Assembly: GCA_963809535.1 (NCBI GenBank)
Contig: CAWEJW010000003.1
Coordinates: 25,987 to 89,986 of the forward strand
DNA length: 64,000 nt
Origin: an uncultured Actinomycetes bacterium
Lineage (GTDB): Bacteria > Actinomycetota > Coriobacteriia > Anaerosomatales > CAVRZR01
Direction: 5' to 3'
Below are positions 61,494 to 64,000 of this stretch, one piece after another. The notes beneath the pieces are model-generated. The model saw only the letters and a program-made list of their open reading frames with translations. It had not been told where the DNA came from and ran no database searches. Within the stretch, counting starts at the first letter, position 1; each line of letters begins with the position of its first letter. Made by a program: the position numbers and the translations under genes.

Positions 61494-62702
61494 ATGGCGC
61501 ACGTTCGCTCCCTCTTCTTCCGCGGCCCACTCGCCGACGTCGAGAACAAGGCCATCACTGCCTACAAGCTCGGCAGGCCGAGCGACGTCATCTGGAACAT
61601 CACGAACCGCTGCAACTTGCTGTGCGACCACTGCTACATGGCAGCCGATGGCCACGTCCGCCCGAACGAGCTCACGGATGAAGAGACCATCGCCCTGGTG
61701 AACCAGATGGGCGAGAGGAAGCTGCCGGCCTTGTTCCTGTCCGGCGGCGAGCCGATGATCCGCAACAACTTCTGGGAGATCCTCGAGCTCGCCCGCTCGT
61801 ACGGGATTCGAGTCACCGTCTCGACCAACTGCACGAAGATGGACCGTGAGGCTGCCAAGCGCCTCAAGGCGAACGGCATCGATTGGATCGCGACCTCGCT
61901 CTACGGTCCGGACGAGTTCCACGACGCAATGGTGCGCGTGCCGGGTACCCGGCAGAAGGTCGTCGAAGCCATCAAGATCTTGCGTGAGGAAGGTGTCGGA
62001 GTCGCCATCAAGACCGCGATCAGCAAGGACACCTGGCCGTACGTCTACGACCTCATCCAGGAAGCACGAGACCTCGACTGCGGCCTCATCTACTTCTGCG
62101 ATCTCATCACGTCCGGACGCAGCGAGGGTGAGGACGACGGCCGTATCTCGCCGGAGCAATGGCGCGAGCTCGCCGACTACATCATCGACGACCTCATCGC
62201 CGGCCAGGAGAGCGGCGTCAAGAGCCTGGAGTGGGACATCGGCGCGATGCCCTCGTTCATCCCCTACGTCGCCGAGAAGCTCATCGAGCGCGGCATCGAC
62301 GTCTCCAACGGCCTAGAGCGCCTCAAGATCGTCTCGGCGTGTCCCGTGGGCAAGGGACACATGAACATTAACTCGGAGGGCGGCATCATGCCGTGCCAGT
62401 TCGCGCAGGACTGGACCATCGGCACCGTCCGCGATATGACGCTGCAGGACGCGGTCGCCGAGCTCTACCAGCTCGACATCCAGGACGCCGAAGGGATGTG
62501 CGCTCCCGAGGCATGCGAGTACTCCCGCATCTGTCGCGGATGCCGTGCGAAAGCGTGGCAGCGCACCGGTGACGCCATGGAGGAGGACGTGACGTGCCTG
62601 CTCCACGCCGAGACGGACCGTTCAGCCCTCGTCGAGCGCATCGCTGAGGCTCCCGATTTCGCGCGCTCGGCGCCGTGCGCGGCGCCCGGCGCCTGTGGCT
62701 AG
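61494..62702 (+). CDS. Radical SAM/SPASM protein (NirJ/AhbC-like)
   Basis: WNITNRCNLLCDHC, SGGEP; SPASM cysteines CPVG..PC..C...C....CRGCR..C. Confidence 0.9.
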   Translation: MAHVRSLFFRGPLADVENKAITAYKLGRPSDVIWNITNRCNLLCDHCYMAADGHVRPNELTDEETIALVNQMGERKLPALFLSGGEPMIRNNFWEILELARSYGIRVTVSTNCTKMDREAAKRLKANGIDWIATSLYGPDEFHDAMVRVPGTRQKVVEAIKILREEGVGVAIKTAISKDTWPYVYDLIQEARDLDCGLIYFCDLITSGRSEGEDDGRISPEQWRELADYIIDDLIAGQESGVKSLEWDIGAMPSFIPYVAEKLIERGIDVSNGLERLKIVSACPVGKGHMNINSEGGIMPCQFAQDWTIGTVRDMTLQDAVAELYQLDIQDAEGMCAPEACEYSRICRGCRAKAWQRTGDAMEEDVTCLLHAETDRSALVERIAEAPDFARSAPCAAPGACG

Positions 62703-62709
62703 GAACAAC

Positions 62710-63249
62710 GTGCCCGCGTCCGGCGCGAAGCGAACATCGGAGCGCATTCAGTACTCGTTCGCTGCGAGCTCGTTCGGGGCCCTGTTGCTGGCCCAGAGCT
62801 CCGAGGGGCTGGCCTGGCTCTCATTTGTGGACTCGGAGGAGCAGGAACTCGCCGCGCTCGCCAAGCACTTCCCGCACGCAGACCTCGAGCCGGCGGCGCC
62901 TGAAGAGCCTTGGATCGCCGAGGGTGTGCGCGACGCCGAATCGCTCGGACCTGGGACGGATCTGACATCGCTCGACCTGCGAGGCACACCGTTCCAGCGT
63001 TCGGTGTGGGACGCCCTCCTCGCCATCCCCTTCGGCGAGACGAGAAGTTACGCCGACGTGGCTCGATCGGTCGGGCGGCCGACAGCCGTACGCGCCGTGG
63101 CACAGGCCTGTGGCGCGAATCCGGTCGCGATCATCGTTCCGTGCCACCGGGTCGTCGGCTCGGATGGATCCCTGACTGGATACGCATCGGGACTCGGGCG
63201 CAAAAGAGAGCTGCTCGACCGCGAGGGCTGCTCCAAGCCCAGGCACTAG
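62710..63249 (+). CDS. ogt: Methylated-DNA-protein-cysteine methyltransferase
   Basis: GTPFQ, IPFGET.SY, RAVA.AC..NP, PCHRV. Confidence 0.93.
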   Translation: MPASGAKRTSERIQYSFAASSFGALLLAQSSEGLAWLSFVDSEEQELAALAKHFPHADLEPAAPEEPWIAEGVRDAESLGPGTDLTSLDLRGTPFQRSVWDALLAIPFGETRSYADVARSVGRPTAVRAVAQACGANPVAIIVPCHRVVGSDGSLTGYASGLGRKRELLDREGCSKPRH

Positions 63250-63314
63250 GTGCGACTGTCATCGCCGCCCTTCGGGTAGGCACCTTCAGAGGACCCGGAA
63301 ACGGAGGAGGCAAC

Positions 63315-63887
63315 ATGAGCATCAAGGGCACGCGCACAGAACAGAACCTCTTGAAGGCATTCGCAGGCGAGAGCCAGGCCCGCAACCGCTACACGTACTC
63401 TGCAAGCAAGGCCAAGAGCGAGGGATTCGATCATATCTGCGGGTTGTTCCTCGAGACAGCAGACAACGAGAAGGAACACGCCAAGGTCTTCTTCGACTTC
63501 CTCGAAGGCGGTACGGCGGTCATCACCGCCGAGTACCCGGCGGGCAAGATCGGCACCACGGCGGAGAACCTTCTGGCCGCCGCAGAAGGCGAGCTTCTCG
63601 AGTGGGGCACCTTGTACCCCGACTTCGCGCGCATAGCCGAGGAGGAAGGGTTCCCCGACGTCGCGAAGGCGTTCAAGGAGATCGGCGACGTCGAGTCATA
63701 CCACGAGCGCCGCTACCGCAAGCTGCTCGAGAACGTGAACGGCTACAAGGTGTTCAAGCGGGACGGCGTGGTCCACTGGAAGTGCCGCAACTGCGGCTAC
63801 GTCTACGAGGGAGCCGAGGCGCCGGCCGTGTGTCCGGCCTGCAGTCACCCGCAGTCCTTCTACGAGCTCTGGGTCGAGAACTACTAG
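63315..63887 (+). CDS. rbr: Rubrerythrin
   Basis: AFAGESQARNRY, EKEH, E..H, C-terminal CRNC...CPAC; GGAGGAGG RBS. Confidence 0.96.
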   Translation: MSIKGTRTEQNLLKAFAGESQARNRYTYSASKAKSEGFDHICGLFLETADNEKEHAKVFFDFLEGGTAVITAEYPAGKIGTTAENLLAAAEGELLEWGTLYPDFARIAEEEGFPDVAKAFKEIGDVESYHERRYRKLLENVNGYKVFKRDGVVHWKCRNCGYVYEGAEAPAVCPACSHPQSFYELWVENY

Positions 63888-63893
63888 CGTGAT

Positions 63894-63927
63894 AGGTGAC
63901 CGTCGGCGGCATCGACGACGGTCACCT
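63894..63927 (+). terminator. Hairpin after rubrerythrin
   Basis: AGGTGACCGTCG...CGACGGTCACCT. Confidence 0.6.
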
Positions 63928-64000
63928 GCTCCCCCTGCGGTGCCAACTGCGCCTGCCACGCACGCCGCTCAGGCGCCTGGTGCCCCCTCTGCGTGCGACT

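Overview
GC-rich bacterial chromosomal window. The gene content (purB, typA, rubrerythrin, a dehydratase/activase set, an actinobacterial-type alcohol dehydrogenase) suggests an anaerobic Actinomycetota such as Coriobacteriia; this is inference only. About 70 CDS are supported. No rRNA, tRNA, CRISPR array, transposase or integrase was seen. Recognisable modules are: an amiS-amiE-amiB aliphatic amidase operon with a long structured leader (candidate ANTAR dual-hexaloop RNA and leader peptide); an ABC exporter pair; a GAF-GAF-PP2C phosphatase; TetR-MFS; an HgcC-like AbrB protein with arsM behind a promoter overlapped by 9-bp-periodic boxes; a polyphosphate island (CHAD, CYTH, Ppx, Ppk1, SixA, Ppk2) containing an unannotated Lys/Cys-rich microprotein; a PadR envelope operon; a 2-hydroxyacyl-CoA dehydratase/activase trio; radical SAM/SPASM-Ogt; and rubrerythrin. 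The least explained element is a structured minus-strand unit at about 57756-58016. It has its own promoter and terminator and a 22-aa sORF behind a 15-nt perfect complement of the 16S rRNA 3' end. Several gene remnants and one frameshifted gene are present. All calls come from motif reading without database searches, and start codons were chosen by eye from RBS context.
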